DNA from: Felis catus
Taxonomy: Eukaryota
Assembly (NCBI RefSeq): GCF_018350175.1
Contig: NC_058368.1
Span: forward strand, 171,804,001-171,868,000
Reading direction: 5' to 3'
Length of the DNA stretch: 64,000 nt
Shown piece after piece: positions 12,903 through 25,915 of the stretch; position 1 is the first letter of the stretch; each line of letters begins with the position of its first letter. A program made the translations under genes and the position numbers. The notes under the pieces are model-generated. The model ran no database searches, was not told the origin of the DNA, and saw only the letters and a list, made by a program, of their open reading frames with translations.

Positions 12903-13221
12903 TAAAATACTTTCATTTTTAAAGACAGAGATGTTGACCCTTGTAAGAGGAGGTCAGTCACAGGATGAAATGGAACCTAAGAAACTAAGCCACAAATGAT
13001 TTCTAAACAGACAAAAGACCTCTCCCAAAGATACTAAGCCACGGTTAATAATGCCACAGCTAAGACTGTGCACCAGCCACTCCCTGGGCTAGCCACTGCA
13101 GACCATTCCTGGCCTTCCCCCTGCCCAGCACTTCACTCTTGTCTCACTGCTGTTCCAGTGTGCCCAGGCTGCTTCAGGCAGGTTTCCATTGGCATTGATA
13201 GAAAAGCTGAATTCAGAACCT

Positions 13222-13298
13222 TGCTGCTCAAAGTGTGGTCCCTGGACCGGCAACACCAACATCATCTGCATTTTAACAAGATCCTCAGCTATGTGATC
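13222..13298. mobile_element. MER5A-like hAT fragment
   Basis: ctcaaagtgtggtccctggaccggca...tctgcattttaacaagatcc. Confidence 0.7.
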
Positions 13299-13589
13299 AT
13301 CTTCTCTCGATGATGATTCCTAACTTGAGGCCGTGACAGTCTTGGGAAAACATCATCCAATTTCTTCAATCCAGACCTCAAGCCCCCTTTTCTCCAGTGG
13401 CATGTGACCCAGCCTGGCTACATTGACCAAACCATTTTATAGGACACTCGTGCTGGGGATATAGCATGAACAAAACAGAGAACACCCTCTATTCCCCTAC
13501 ATTTTGGATGAGGGACATAAACTGATAATAAATAGCTAAAAAATGAAACACAAACAACAATCAAAAAAAAAAAACAAACCTAGTTTTCT

Positions 13590-13702
13590 GGGGTGCCTGG
13601 GGGTGGCTCAGTCGGTTAAGCATCTGACTTTGGCTGAGGTCATGATCTCTTAGTTCATGAGTTTGAGTCCCATATCTGGTGAGCTCATGCCCCACTTCTC
13701 TC

Positions 13703-13749
<47 letters not shown>

Positions 13750-13813
13750 TCCTCACTCATTTGCACTCTCTCTAAATAAATAAATACATACATACATACA
13801 AACAAAAAAACAC
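13590..13813 (+). mobile_element. Can-SINE with expanded (CT)n and (TACA)n tail
   Basis: TSD ACCTAGTTTTCTG at 13578-13590 and 13814-13826. Confidence 0.93.
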
Positions 13814-14369
13814 ACCTAGTTTTCTGCACGTTCACCTCTACTCAGGCACCAAGGTCAGGCCTGGGGCCTTCTGTGTGGAGATCTACTACCACTGGCTTGA
13901 TGTGCACCTCCACCCTCTCTCTGCCTGCCAATGAAGGAAATAGGCCTTGTTGACCCCCATGCTAAGAGCTGGCATAAATGATCAGTGTCCGACAGTTCCC
14001 TAGGCAGATGGAAACAGTTTGACATTACCCTGCAACTGGCCCTTCTCCAAACGTAATTCCTTCTGGAGATAGTCACGTTTTTAAAGTTAACCACATGCAC
14101 ATCTGTAATATAACCTGTGGTGCTTATTATGTTATTTAATGAGCGGGGCGTAACAGATCAGAGTTTTATAGAGAGACCTAATAAGCAGGCCTACTTATTT
14201 TTTCCAGTCGCAAGACTGCTCTGCAGGCTCCTTTGCTGGCCTCCCTTAGGTCACTTCCACACTCACAAGAGCCATGAACCTAGGAGAGAGAGGCAGGCGT
14301 CTCTTAGAAGCCAAAGTGACAGCAGGCTCAGCTCTCAGTCAGTCTAATTTTAAAATTGGGCTTACCACA

Positions 14370-14486
14370 GGGGCACCTGGCTGGCTCAGTTGGAAGAGCA
14401 TAAAACTCCATTCTTGATCTTGGGGTTGTGAGTTTGAGCCCCATGTGGGGTGTAGAGATTACTTAAATAAATAAAACTTTTAAAAA
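14370..14486 (+). mobile_element. Short-type Can-SINE
   Basis: tRNA-Lys-like head, gtgtagagattactt, A-rich tail, no CT tract. Confidence 0.9.
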
Positions 14487-14495
14487 ATTGGGACT

Positions 14496-14714
14496 GGGAT
14501 GCCTGGGTGGGTGAGTGGTTAAGCATCCAACTTCAGTTCAAGTCATGATCTCACGGTTCATGGGTTTGAGCCTCACATCAGAATCAGTGCTAACAGTTAA
14601 GTGCCTGGAGCCTGCTTTGAATTCTGCTTTGGATTCTCTCTCTCTCTCTGCCTCTCCCCCACTGATACTCTGTCTCTGTCTCTCAAAAATAAATAAACAT
14701 GAAAAAATTGTTTT
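14496..14714 (+). mobile_element. Can-SINE inserted in the 3' TSD of the previous SINE
   Basis: Full body; flanks aaattgggact / aaattggggct. Confidence 0.92.
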
Positions 14715-15151
14715 AAATTGGGGCTTACCACAGTTCACTTTTTCGAAGTTTTATTATCATTATTTTTGTTCAGGCAAAACACTCAACATAAAATAATTTG
14801 AAGACTTTCTATCAAGAGAGAAGAAAAGCAGACTATGAGCAAAATGGAGCCAAGTAGAAAAGGGAAAGAAGTGAGGGAACTTTTCTTCACCAACACAAGG
14901 GAAGTCTTAACTCAGAAGCCTGCTTCAGCCAGAATGAAAGAACAGTCTCTCTTTCTCTCTCCTTCGTAATGCTGGCCCAATTTACTTTTAAAAATTCTGT
15001 AGCCTGGTATGTTTACAGAAATCCACTCAGGCATACATAGTTATATTTCTTTCTTCTAGAAAGATTTTTATTTTTATGGTTTCAAAAAATATACCTGTCA
15101 TGCCTAGGCCTAAATGAAATAACTATTTACATTCCTTTAGTGCTCCTAATC

Positions 15152-15154
<3 letters not shown>

Positions 15155-15198
<44 letters not shown>
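15155..15198. repeat. (AC)22 microsatellite
   Basis: Perfect run. Confidence 0.98.
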
Positions 15199-15200
<2 letters not shown>

Positions 15201-15245
15201 TTTACATGTTTCTTTCACTGAATATGCACAATTTTGTGTTCTACA

Positions 15246-15434
15246 TTTTTTTTTTTCTGAGAGAGAGAGACAGCATGAACAGGGGAGGGGCAGAGAAAGA
15301 GAGAGAGAATCCCAAACAGGCTCCACACTGTCAGCACGCAGCCCGACTCAGGGCTCAATCCCACGACTCTGGAGTCATGACATGAGATGAATCAAGAGTC
15401 AGACGCTCAACCGACTGAGCCACCCAGGAGCCCC
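15246..15434 (-). mobile_element. Can-SINE
   Basis: Reverse body ending cacccaggagcccc. Confidence 0.92.
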
Positions 15435-16135
15435 GAAAATTTTTATTTTAAAGTGATTAAATTATTATAAAACAGAGTTCCCAGTATTGCTTCAAGTGGA
15501 ATATCTGCTTTATTTCGTTTCTGGGTTAAAAGATGCTACTGAAACTTCATGGAGTCATAATCTCCCTAGTTGTCTGCTATTGCCCTTTGCTCTATGTCCT
15601 TCGTGCAGTATTTCTAAAAATGAAATGCCAATGTGAACTTTACAGGAGAAAGATGTTTCTTAATAGATTTCAAACAGAGAAAATTGAAACTATGACGCCA
15701 ATGGTACAGAAGAACAATCAATTCCAATTATCTTGAACCAGAGGGAAAGTCAGCAGTGGTGTTGGTGACTAAGGGATTTCACAATCCAAAGAAACCAAGG
15801 AGATTTTTAGAAGCACAGGGGTAAAATAAAGAGGTTTTTGGAGACAGCAGGAAAGCTGTCTTTTGCCTAGATCTTGTTAAACTACCTCTATCAATTAAAA
15901 GCATTAACCTCCCCACCTTATTCTCTTTACAGATAAAATATGTAGGAAAAAGGAAATACTGAACAAGTTACTCTTCACTGTTGTCCAAGAAATAATATGA
16001 CAAATGATGCTCTAGGTCCCCTGGGACTTCTGCATAACAGAAAGGAGTAAAGAGCCAAGCTTTAAGTATTATGCCGTGTTCAAGACAAGACACTATCAAA
16101 ATTGTTTAATATGGTGAATTAAAACTGTGTATTTA

Positions 16136-16380
16136 TTTATTTATTTATTTTTATTGTTTTTAAGATGCCTGGGGTTCTTTTTTTTTTAAGTTTATTTATT
16201 TTGAGAGAGAGAGAGAAAGCACACACATATGCGTGGGGGGGGGGGCGGGGGAGAGAGAGGGGGAGAGAGAATCCCAACCAGGGAGCCTGACACAGGACTC
16301 AAATCCATGAGCCATGAGATTGTGACTTGAGCTGAAACCAAGAGACAGACACTTAACTGACTCAATCACCCAGCCTCTCC
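16136..16380 (-). mobile_element. Can-SINE with compound tail
   Basis: Reverse body; TSD-like AAACTGTGTATTTA / AAACTGCATATTTA. Confidence 0.9.
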
Positions 16381-16481
16381 AAACTGCATATTTAAAAAGG
16401 AGGGCAAAAAACAGTATAAAAACCAGCCCCAAATTTACCAAAAAACAAACCAAACTAGGAAGTAGAAAACACTAATGCTAT

Positions 16482-16975
16482 TGTATCATTGTCTACTGTG
16501 CTTAACAAATGACCCCAAAACTTGGTGACTTAAAACAATATTTATTTCCATGGTTTTTGTGAGTCAAGAACCTGGTAGCAGCTTAGTTGGGTGGTTCTGG
16601 CTCAGGACTTTCCTTCTGAAGACTTGACTGGGGCTGGAGGATCCTCTTCCAAACTCACCCATTAGCCTAATAGCCATTGTCTAACTCCTCACTGGCTGTT
16701 CACAGAATCATAAAATGGAGACTTCCATCGGACTGCTTTGTGTCCTCACCATAGGGCAGTTGGCTTCCTTCAGAGTAAATGATCTGAGAAAGAGCGCAAG
16801 AAGAAAATTAGGATGACTTTCATGACCTGGACAAATACCTTCACTTCTACAGTATTATACTTATTAGAAGACAGTCATTGAGTCCAGTCCATGCTCAAAG
16901 TGAGGGGACTTCACCTCTGCCTTTTAGGAAGAGGCTGTCAAAGATTTTGTGGATACATTTTTAAACCACTGTACA
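16482..16975 (-). mobile_element. MaLR solo LTR (MLT1G-like)
   Basis: aacaaatgaccccaaaacttggtgacttaaaacaa at one end; tgtcaaagattttgtggatacatttttaaaccac at the other. Confidence 0.82.
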
Positions 16976-17344
16976 ATAAGCTTTTAAAACTAAGGAATTG
17001 GGGGTATAGTAGGGACACCATCTTCTAGAATAGCAGAGAAGCTGGATACACAAGAAAGCTCTGCACCCAACTTCATTGCCACCCCCAGAAACTGGAGAAG
17101 AGTCAACAAAATCCTGACCGTTCTCACTAATACTCCCAAATCTGAAGAGAGATCTATAGGGAATGTGTATGTATCTCTCTTTGATCTTCTGACTGAGGAA
17201 TAATAGGAATGGATATGGAGAGAAAAAATACAGAAAACAACAACATTACTGACTCTCTCTCTGGAAAGTATTAAAGGCTCCAGGGTTCTAGACTGAATTG
17301 GAGAAACAACCCCAAACCCAAGGGTATCTATCAACACTGTTGGT

Positions 17345-17818
17345 GCTCCACTCACACCCCACCCCCAGCATTCATAATTACTATGTTTGCTTTTCAGGCT
17401 TCCAGTTCCAAGCATCTCCAACTCTCTGGGGGCTTTTCTGACCAGCAAGGCTTACTTAGCCTCTTGTAAGGCAGGCAGGAAGTACTTGGGAATTAATGAC
17501 TCCTCCTAGCAAAGTTCAACCAGTGACTTGACAACAGGTGGGATAAATATCCAATTCTTTCACTCCTTATTATGCTAACTCTGGTATGTGTTCTATGCAG
17601 TCTACCAGAGTTCCCTGGTGGAATTGAGCTCCTGATGGCCGCCTGAGTGCTCTACTCCATAGCATGCTCTGGCTTCCTCCACTTACTGGCTTCCTTTCCT
17701 TCCCTCCCTCACTTTTCCACTTCCTTACCAGTGCTTCCTGGGGTCGTCTCCCAAATAAACCACTTCTACTCATTTCCTTGCCTTGGGTTGAGCTTTTGTG
17801 GAAACCCAACCCACAAAC
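17345..17818 (+). mobile_element. ERVL LTR (LTR16-like)
   Basis: cagtgcttcctggggtcgtctcccaaataaaccactt...ggaaacccaac 3' signature. Confidence 0.75.
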
Positions 17819-17929
17819 CATGAACCACTGAAAAGAATAGAATATACACTCAGATGAAAAGTATGAACTGTGGCATAGAACAATTAATAAAATCCCAAAA
17901 GAAAGAGTAGAACCCAGGTAGTGTCAAAG

Positions 17930-18570
17930 AGAACATATTCATCATTATCTGTAGTATGATTCTATTTTATAAAAGTACTCTTCTCTTGCTCCCCATCCAC
18001 CCAACCAGCCATCTACCATCCATCTCTTATTCCCCTATCTATAGAGATGCATAAAAAGATGTCTAAAATCATGCTTTTCTAATGTTAAGTTTAATTATCT
18101 CTAGATGGTGCAACCTGAAGTGTTTTTAACCTTTACTTTTGTCCTTTTCTACAGGGTACACATTCTATAAAATAAGCATCTTCCATTTTTACAAAAACAA
18201 TAATGATTTTTATTCTTTAAAAAACAAAGACTACAGACAAATACGCTAGGAGGTGAACCAGAGTATTTCATTCTAGATGGTGTGAGTATACATTTTCTTC
18301 TATGACTTTTTATATTTTTAGTGAGAAATGATTTTCTCTTCCTCATCTCTACCAAATCAGTAATGTGTTTTTAAATTGAAAATACAGTGTTGATGAAAGG
18401 CAGCAAAATAAGTTGTATATATTACAGAGCAGGGAGGAGGATACTGGAAAGCTGTAAATTGGTAAGTTGGTAAAACCTTTCAGGAAGGTAAATTAACAAT
18501 ATAAATCAGAGGCTTTAAAAATATCTATGCTTTTGATCTGGTAATTCTGCTTCTACATAGATAGCCTAAG
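17930..18570 (+). mobile_element. Old L1 (L1ME-like) 3' fragments
   Basis: gtagtatgattctattttataaaa; gctgtaaattggtaa...cctttcaggaaggtaaatt...ttttgatctggtaattctgcttcta. Confidence 0.55.
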
Positions 18571-18571
18571 G

Positions 18572-18727
18572 CAGTGTTTCCCAACACTGGGTCCCAGCAT
18601 CAGAATCACATGGGCCTCTCTAAAGATGCCTGAATCAATATCTCTGATTCGGACTGAGATATGAGAATTTGGCTATAACAAGATCTCCTGATAATTCTTA
18701 TATACACTAAAGCTTAAGCCCTACTGA
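18572..18727. mobile_element. MER5-like hAT element
   Basis: cagtgtttcccaa...catcagaatcacatggg...taacaagatctcctgataattcttatatacactaaagcttaag...actg. Confidence 0.7.
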
Positions 18728-18743
18728 CCTGAGCAAATGAGAT

Positions 18744-18862
18744 TCATTCATTAATGCTTACTGAGTCCCTATTAAGAATCAGGCTCAATTCTATGCACTG
18801 GGGACACATCTGTAAATCTATAAACAACACAGAAAAAGTCATTGTGCTCATGGAGCTTATCT
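18744..18862 (-). mobile_element. L2 3' end fragment
   Basis: ttcattcattaatgcttactgagt...gtgctcatggagcttat. Confidence 0.65.
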
Positions 18863-19076
18863 TTTTTACTCAAAAATTTTATATCAGTATATTCATTATA
18901 GTATTATTTATGATAAATACCATAGGAAATTCTCAGTGATATTCAAAGAATGGCATGGGAAGCTATTCACCATGTGTTGTCAGAGGAAAATAGCCATGAT
19001 CCCTTCTTAAAAATATACACATGTATTGATAAAAAAGAGTAAAGGGAAATATATACACGAGAATATTAATCTTTAT

Positions 19077-19212
19077 GGGGCACCTGGCTGGCTCAGTTGG
19101 TAGAATATGTCACCTATTAATCTCAGGGTTGTGAGTTCAAGCCCCACATTGCAGGTGGAGCCTACTTAAAAAAATGTGTGTGTGTGTGTGTGTGTACATA
19201 CATACACACACA
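19077..19212 (+). mobile_element. Short-type Can-SINE with (TG)n/(CA)n tail
   Basis: Head ggggcacctggctggctcagttgg; TSD TAATCTTTAT. Confidence 0.88.
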
Positions 19213-19737
19213 TAATCTTTATTTTCTCTGAAAAATAGTATTATAGATTATTTTTATTTATACTTTTTGGTATTTTCTAAATTTCTGGAATAAACATAAA
19301 TTACTGACATAATAAAAAGAATATGTAATGTTGAAAAAATTTATTTAAACACCAGGGGAAATGCAAAATTTCCCTATGCTAGGTCGATCTTTTAAAATAT
19401 GTTCTGATTTAACAATATCAGTACACAGTTACTCTTATTTATGAACTGAACCCTAGAACTTTTGATTCCATTTTGGGGGCTGTTCATTTCCTATTTCAGG
19501 TTTAAGGAGATGAGCTTTCAAGTGTTTTGTGTTTGGCTAGCTGATGAACCCTAAGTACTGTCTAGCTGTAACAAATGGAGAGCTCAAGAAGATTCTTTCT
19601 TCTTAAATTTTAAACAGTTGTTGCTTTTTCTGGATTTCAAATATAATACATAATTTTCATATAAGAATATTAAGAAAAATATAAAATATAGAAAGAGAAA
19701 ATTAGCCACTCCCCCAACCCCAAGAAAACCATTTTAA

Positions 19738-19950
19738 TTTTTTTTTTCAACGTTTATTTATTTTTGGGACAGAGAGAGACAGAGCATGAACGGGGGAGGG
19801 GCAGAGAGAGAGGGAGACACAGAATCGGAAACAGGCTCCAGGCTCTGAGCCATCAGCCCAGAGCCTGACGCGGGGCTCGAACTCACAGACCGCGAGATCG
19901 TGACCTGGCTGAAGTCCGACGCTTAACCGACTGCGCCACCCAGGCGCCCC
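19738..19950 (-). mobile_element. Young feline Can-SINE (SINEC_Fc-type)
   Basis: Near-identical to 12016-12252; perfect TSD AAGAAAACCATTTTAA. Confidence 0.97.
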
Positions 19951-20025
19951 AAGAAAACCATTTTAAAGGACTAGATTATATACTTTTGGATTATATTTCC
20001 ATGTATGAAATACATGTGTTACATG

Positions 20026-20058
20026 CACACATACACACACACACACACACATACACAT
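20026..20058. repeat. Imperfect (CA)n microsatellite
   Basis: CA run with TA interruptions. Confidence 0.9.
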
Positions 20059-20683
20059 ATATGTAATTTTATTTGCTTTAATCCTTTACATTCTGTTTTG
20101 GGTCACACTAGTACCTTCTACCAAATATCATAGCCATCTTTCTATAAGAAGACATGGACACTTCATCTTTGTAATGGCTATATAAATTACATTGGATGGA
20201 CATATGTTGATTTATTTAAAGAATTATCATTTAATCTTTCTTATGTTACATTTTATAACTGATGATTATTGCTAATTATATAAGAAATCTACTGATTTGA
20301 CATGCTTATAGTTATAGCTGGCTTCCTGATTCCTACCTCTCATTGGACCTAATTGCTTTTCTTTTGATTGTCTTAAAATTCCTAGGAAGACAATCATATC
20401 ATTTAGAGATCATAACACTTTTGTATCTTCTCAATACTTCTCATCCTTTTTCTTCCTGTTGTCTTATGCTTTGGCTAAGACCTCCAGAAGAATAAGTATC
20501 ACTGAGCATGTCCAGCTATGTAATTTAGGTAAAAGTTGATCTTTTGGGTTCTAGAACTATTTAGAAAGATGGTTATCTAATTAACCTATGTAGACCTGGC
20601 CTGAGTGGGCTTGTTCTCAAGTACCACCTTGCTTTCTCTTAATCTGATAATGTATCTTAGAGATGGAGAGTTCCAGGTGGACG

Positions 20684-20889
20684 TTTTTTTTTTTTTGTTT
20701 ATTTTTTGAAAGAGAGAGAGCGCCAGCTGAGTAGGGGCAGAGAGAGGGGGAGTGAGGGAGAGTCTCAAGCAGGCTCTATGCCATCAGTGCAGAGCCCAAT
20801 GTGAGGCTCAATCTCACAAACCATGAGATCATGACCTGAGCCAAGGTCAAGAGTTGGATGCTTAACCAACTGAGCCACTCAGGTGCCCC
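20684..20889 (-). mobile_element. Can-SINE (first of tandem pair)
   Basis: Reverse body flanked by AGGTGGAC(G/A)TTTTT. Confidence 0.94.
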
Positions 20890-20902
20890 TCAAGGTGGAC
20901 AT

Positions 20903-21116
20903 TTTTTAAAATGTTTATTTATTTATTTTGAGAGAGAGACAGAAAGAGTGAGAGCCAGGGAGGGGCAGAGAAAGAGGGAGAAAAAAAAATCCCAAACAGA
21001 CTCTGCACTGTCAGCGCAGAGCCTGATGTAGGGCTCCATCTCATGAACTGTGAGATCATGACCTGAGCTGAAATCAAGAGTTGGTCACTTAACCAACTGA
21101 GCCACACAGGTGCCCC
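20903..21116 (-). mobile_element. Can-SINE (second of tandem pair)
   Basis: Reverse body flanked by AAGGTGGACATTTTT. Confidence 0.94.
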
Positions 21117-22794
21117 AAGGTGGACATTTTTAACTGCAAGCAGCAAAGGCAGAATGGGGAGGTGGTGGACACACTATGGTAGGTAGTACTAATTTGTAAC
21201 TCCCAGCCTCAGACATAATCTTGTCCTATTCCCCAATTTCCTATTTCTGCCACCTTCTACCACAAGAGAAGAAAAAGAATTAGGAACCCTCCAGTTCTGC
21301 TATTTCACAACCATGTTATCTCCAGGCAACTCGGCTCCTGGCTGGACAGTGGTCATTTAGGAAGGCAGAGCCGCTGCAGTGAGTAGCAAAGAACTTATTA
21401 GTATAGCTAGTGCCTCTCCAAGTCGTGGTGGGAAAGATAACCAAACATGAAGATTTTGGTAGAATTACTGGTGTTCTTAAGCTAATCTAGAAAGTTGTTT
21501 TAAATTGAGTGGGAGATGGTTTTTAAAAATTATTTCCACTTAATTCTAGTTTGCAGCCTAGAAAACTGGAATTATTATGACTTTAGGGAGAAAAAAGCAA
21601 AGACTATTTGAGGTCAGCACAATACTGTCACTATCCAAGTTGGAAAAGTTGGAAAGCTATGCTGTTTTTTCTTAGTCTCATCTTGTTCTCAGTAATTGCT
21701 TCCTTTCAACCATAAAGTTGTTTAGTGTAGGAGAGATATTCCAAGGCTTCTCTTTATATTCACTGCTGCAAGATCCCATTTTAGCATAATTACAGTCTTG
21801 GAGTTGCAGAGACAGGCTCACTCTATCTAGCTGTGCAGCTGGCTTTCTCAAATGACAATAGGATGCTCACCAGCTTAGCAACGTCCAAGGCTGGGAGCCA
21901 GGGGGAGGCCCTCATGCTGAAATTTTGCCCTTGCTTTGTCTGTATTTCCTCCGTGAAAATGGGGAAATGGCTTAGAATATTAAAAAGGCACAAAGTTGTG
22001 TTTTTTTAATTCTTTCCGGGCTTTTAAAGGGACGTGCTGAGTTTTGAATGTGGATTTTTAGTATCCCAAATCAGAGATTATTCATCTTTACATCTCCAAC
22101 TTATATTACTGATCAAAAAAAACAACAACGACAAAGAAAAACCAATTTTGCGCTGCTTTTCTCTTCTCCTTGTCCTTCTTCTTACATTTCTTTTTCCTTT
22201 TTGTGGGAAGATTAAAGAAAGTCTAAATTTGCCTGCCTCCTTTACCTGCAGAGTGACTCCACATTGGCTTGACTCCTTGCTATAAAAATTATTTTCAGGT
22301 TTGAAATAATCAATAACTGTTCACGTTCAACCTTCATATCTCTAGAGACTTCTGCTTACATCTACACTGACTTTCTTGCTTCTCAATAAAGACCAGACCC
22401 CCCCCCCTTTCTTCTACCCAGCTTACCCAGATGTATTGCCTGCTGCCCCCACATTCTGTTTATTCTTCCTTCACACAAATTCTTATACCTTTCTATTCCA
22501 CTTATCACAGCCTTAGTTCAAATCTTTATATCTCTTTTCTGAATTATCACAAAACATTTCCTAAATGGTCCATCTACTTGTAGGCTCTCCTTATCCAAAC
22601 TCTTTTAAAGGTTTCAGATCAACTTTCTTACAGAACCACTACAAAAGAATGAACGAGAAGGCTTATAAACCATTCCTTATGTGTCAGGGGCCAAAAGAGA
22701 CATTGGAATGCTTGGATGAAAGACACTTTCATGACTATATTTTCTACTCTGGTCAAATTTGTGTCTTTCCTGGCTTAGGGAAAAGCTCCCTATA

Positions 22795-22989
22795 TCAATG
22801 ATTTGGGACTCTGGAAATGTCTGGAGATATTTTTGATTGTCCCAATCAATGGGGTGGAGAAGGGAGCTACTGTCATCTAGTATACATGAGTCAAGGATGC
22901 TGCTAAGTATCCTACAATGTACAGGACAGCTCTCCACAACAAAAGTATTACAGTACAAATGTCAGTGGTACCAAGGTTGAGAAACAATG
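22795..22989. mobile_element. MER20 (hAT-Charlie)
   Basis: aatgtctggagatatttttgattgtc...aggatgctgctaagtatcctacaatgtacaggacagc...aaggttgagaaac. Confidence 0.88.
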
Positions 22990-23376
22990 CACATATTAGT
23001 AGTTGACTCATTAGTTGCCCTGTCAGTTCAATGCCTCTCTACATGTAATCAAATCCTCCCCATTCTCCAAAACTTCTTCAACTCTGCCTCTCCTAATCAA
23101 ATTCTTAAAGCACTTTTGGTCTTAAAGCACCTCTCCCAGGGGGTGTATCAAGTGTCATTTTCCTGTGGAGATAGTGCTCTATGTCCCATGTGCCCTACCT
23201 TGTCAGGGTATTGCTATAAGTCACTAAGCCTATATTCTACTTTATTGTCCAAAGCACCAAATACATGGCCCTCCATATGTTACCCAGTTAGTAAATACTT
23301 GTAACTCAGAAGATGATCCCATTAGCCAAGAAATTGGAAGTTGAAGGGGTCAGAGAAGATCTACTGCAGAGTTGCA

Positions 23377-23583
23377 GGGGCGCCTGGGAGGCTCAGTCAC
23401 TTAAGCATCCAGCTCTTGATTTCAGCTCAGGTCATGATCTCACAGCTCATGAGTTTGAGCCCTACATTGGGCTCTGTGCTGACAGCACAGAGCCTGCTTG
23501 GGATCTTCTCTCTCCCTTTCTGCCCCTCCCCTGATTGCATGTGCATGCTACCTCTCTCTCTCTCTTTCAAAATAAATAAATAA
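23377..23583 (+). mobile_element. Can-SINE
   Basis: Full body, (TAAA)n tail; no clear TSD. Confidence 0.92.
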
Positions 23584-23623
23584 GCTTTATCTGCAACAAT
23601 CTCATTAAGAACAAAGCTAAGAG

Positions 23624-23851
23624 GGGGTGCTTGGATGGGTCAGCTGGTTAAGCATCTGACTCTAGATTTCAGCTCAGGTCATGATCTCACGTTTTGTGGG
23701 ATGGAGCCCCATGTCAGGCTCATCAGCACAGAGTCTGCTTAGGATTCTTTCACTCTCTCTGTCTCTCTGCTCCTCCCCCACTGCCTCTCACTCTCTCGAA
23801 ATAAATAAATGTAAAAATTTTTTTTATTTAAAAAAATTTTAAATTAAAAAA
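23624..23851 (+). mobile_element. Can-SINE
   Basis: TSD AAGAACAA(A/C)GCTAAGAG. Confidence 0.93.
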
Positions 23852-23999
23852 AAGAACAACGCTAAGAGAAATGAGAATGTAGATAAAGAAAGGGACAGAA
23901 CCACAGGAAGTACTGTCTAGAATGAGAAAGTTAGAATGTGCACTTAATCAGACTTTTTTCTATTGTGGTAGGATATACATAACAAAATTTATCCTTTTA

Positions 24000-24105
24000 A
24001 ATATTTTTTTATGATTTTTTATTTTTAAGTAATAAATGTGGGGCTTGAACTCACAACCCTAAGTTCAAGAGTCACACACTACTGAATGAGCCACCCATGC
24101 CTTCC
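24000..24105 (-). mobile_element. Short-type Can-SINE in L1
   Basis: gtggggcttgaactcacaaccctaagttcaagagtc...gagccaccca. Confidence 0.8.
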
Positions 24106-24924
24106 TCATTTTAACTATTTTAAGTATACAGTTCAATGATATTAAATACATTCATTTTATTGTGTAATCATCACCACTATCTATCTCCAGAACACTTTTA
24201 ATTTTATAAAAGTGAAACCCTATACCCACTAAACAATAATTCCCCATTTTCCGCTTCCTCCAACCCCTGGGAACCACCATTCTATTTTCTGTCTCTATAA
24301 ATTTGACTATTCTAAGAACCTCATATAAGAGGACTCATACAGTATTTGCCCTTTTGTGACTGGGTTACTTAACTTAGTGTAATGTCTTCAAAGTTCATCC
24401 ATGTTGTAGCATGTGTCAGAATTTCCTTCTTTTTTAAGGCAGAATAATATTCCCCTCTATGTATATACCACCTTTTGTTTATCCATTCATTGTCGATGGA
24501 CATTTGGGTTGCTTACACCTTTGGTTATTGTGAACAATGCCTCTGTGAACATGAGTGCATAAATCTCTTCAAATCTCTGCTTTTACTTCTTTTGAGTACA
24601 TGCCCAGAAGTGGAGTTGCTGGATCATTTGGTAATTCTATTTTCAAATTTTTTGAGAGATTACCAACTATTTTCCACAGCAGCTGTACCATTTGATATTC
24701 CCACCAACAGTGCATGAGGATTCCAATTTCCCCACATCTTTGATAACACATTTTATCTTCTGTTTTGGGGAGTTTTGTTTTAATAACAACTATCCTAATG
24801 AGTGTGAACTGGTATCCTATTGGGGTTTTGATCTGTATTTCCTTAATGACTAGTGATGTTGAGCATCTCGGCCGTCTGTGTTTCTTCTTTGGAGCAGTGT
24901 CCATTCAAGTCCTTTACCCAGTTT

Positions 24925-25131
24925 GTTCAGTTTTTTTAACGTTTATTCATTTTTAAGAGACAGAGCATGAGCAGGAAGAGGCAGAGGGAGAGGGAGACAC
25001 AGAATCTGAAGCAGGCTCCAGGCTCCAAGCTGTCAGCACAGATCCCGATGTGGGGCTCAAACTCACGAACTGTGAAATCATGACCTGAGCCGAAGTCAGA
25101 TGCTCAACTGACTGAGCCACCCAGGCGCCCC
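24925..25131 (-). mobile_element. Can-SINE in L1
   Basis: TSD TACCCAGTTT. Confidence 0.95.
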
Positions 25132-25915
25132 TACCCAGTTTTTTTTTTTAAAGCAGGTTGTTTGTTTTGTTGCTGTTGAGTTATAGGATTTCTATATACA
25201 TTATAAATATCGATCTTTTTTATCAGCTATATGATTTGCAAATATTTTCTCACATTCCTTGGGTTACCATTTCACTCCGTTAATAGTGTCCTTTGATGCG
25301 CACATGTTTTAATTTTGATGTAGTGCAATTTAGCTATTTTTTCTTTTGTTGCTTGTGTTTTAGTATCATATCCAAAAAAATTATTGCCAAATCCAACATC
25401 ATAAAGATTTTCTTCTATGTTTTCTTCCAAGAGTTTGCAGTTTTTGCTCTTACATTTAGGTTTTGATCCATATTGACTGAATTTTTGTATATGGTGTAAA
25501 GTAATGGCCTAACTTCAATCTTTTACATGTGGATATCCAGTTTTCCCAACACAATTAATTGAAAAGACTGTCCTTCCTTCATTCCATGGTCTTGGCATCC
25601 TTGTTGAAAATCATTTGACCATATATGAGAGGGTTTATTTCTGAGCTCCCTATTCTATTTCATTGGCTTATATGTCTGTCTTTAGGCTAGTGCCATACTG
25701 TTTTGATTACTGTGGTTTTGTAGTAAGTTTTGAAATCAGAAAGTATGAGATGTCCAATTTTTTTCTTCTTTTTCAATATTGTTTGGCTATTTGGGGTCCC
25801 TTGAGATGCCACATGAATTTTAGCATGGATTTTTCTATTTATGCAAATGATGTTGTTGGGATTTGATAGAGATTGCATTGAATATATAGATCACCTTGGG
25901 TAGTAATGACATCTT

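Noticed and set aside
14370..14460. tRNA-Lys-like sequences (also at 19077, 31443, 44903)
   Set aside because: These are SINE heads with A-tails and TSDs, not tRNA genes.
16990..17448. 152-aa minus-strand ORF
   Set aside because: Partly overlaps an LTR, non-ATG start, no domain similarity.
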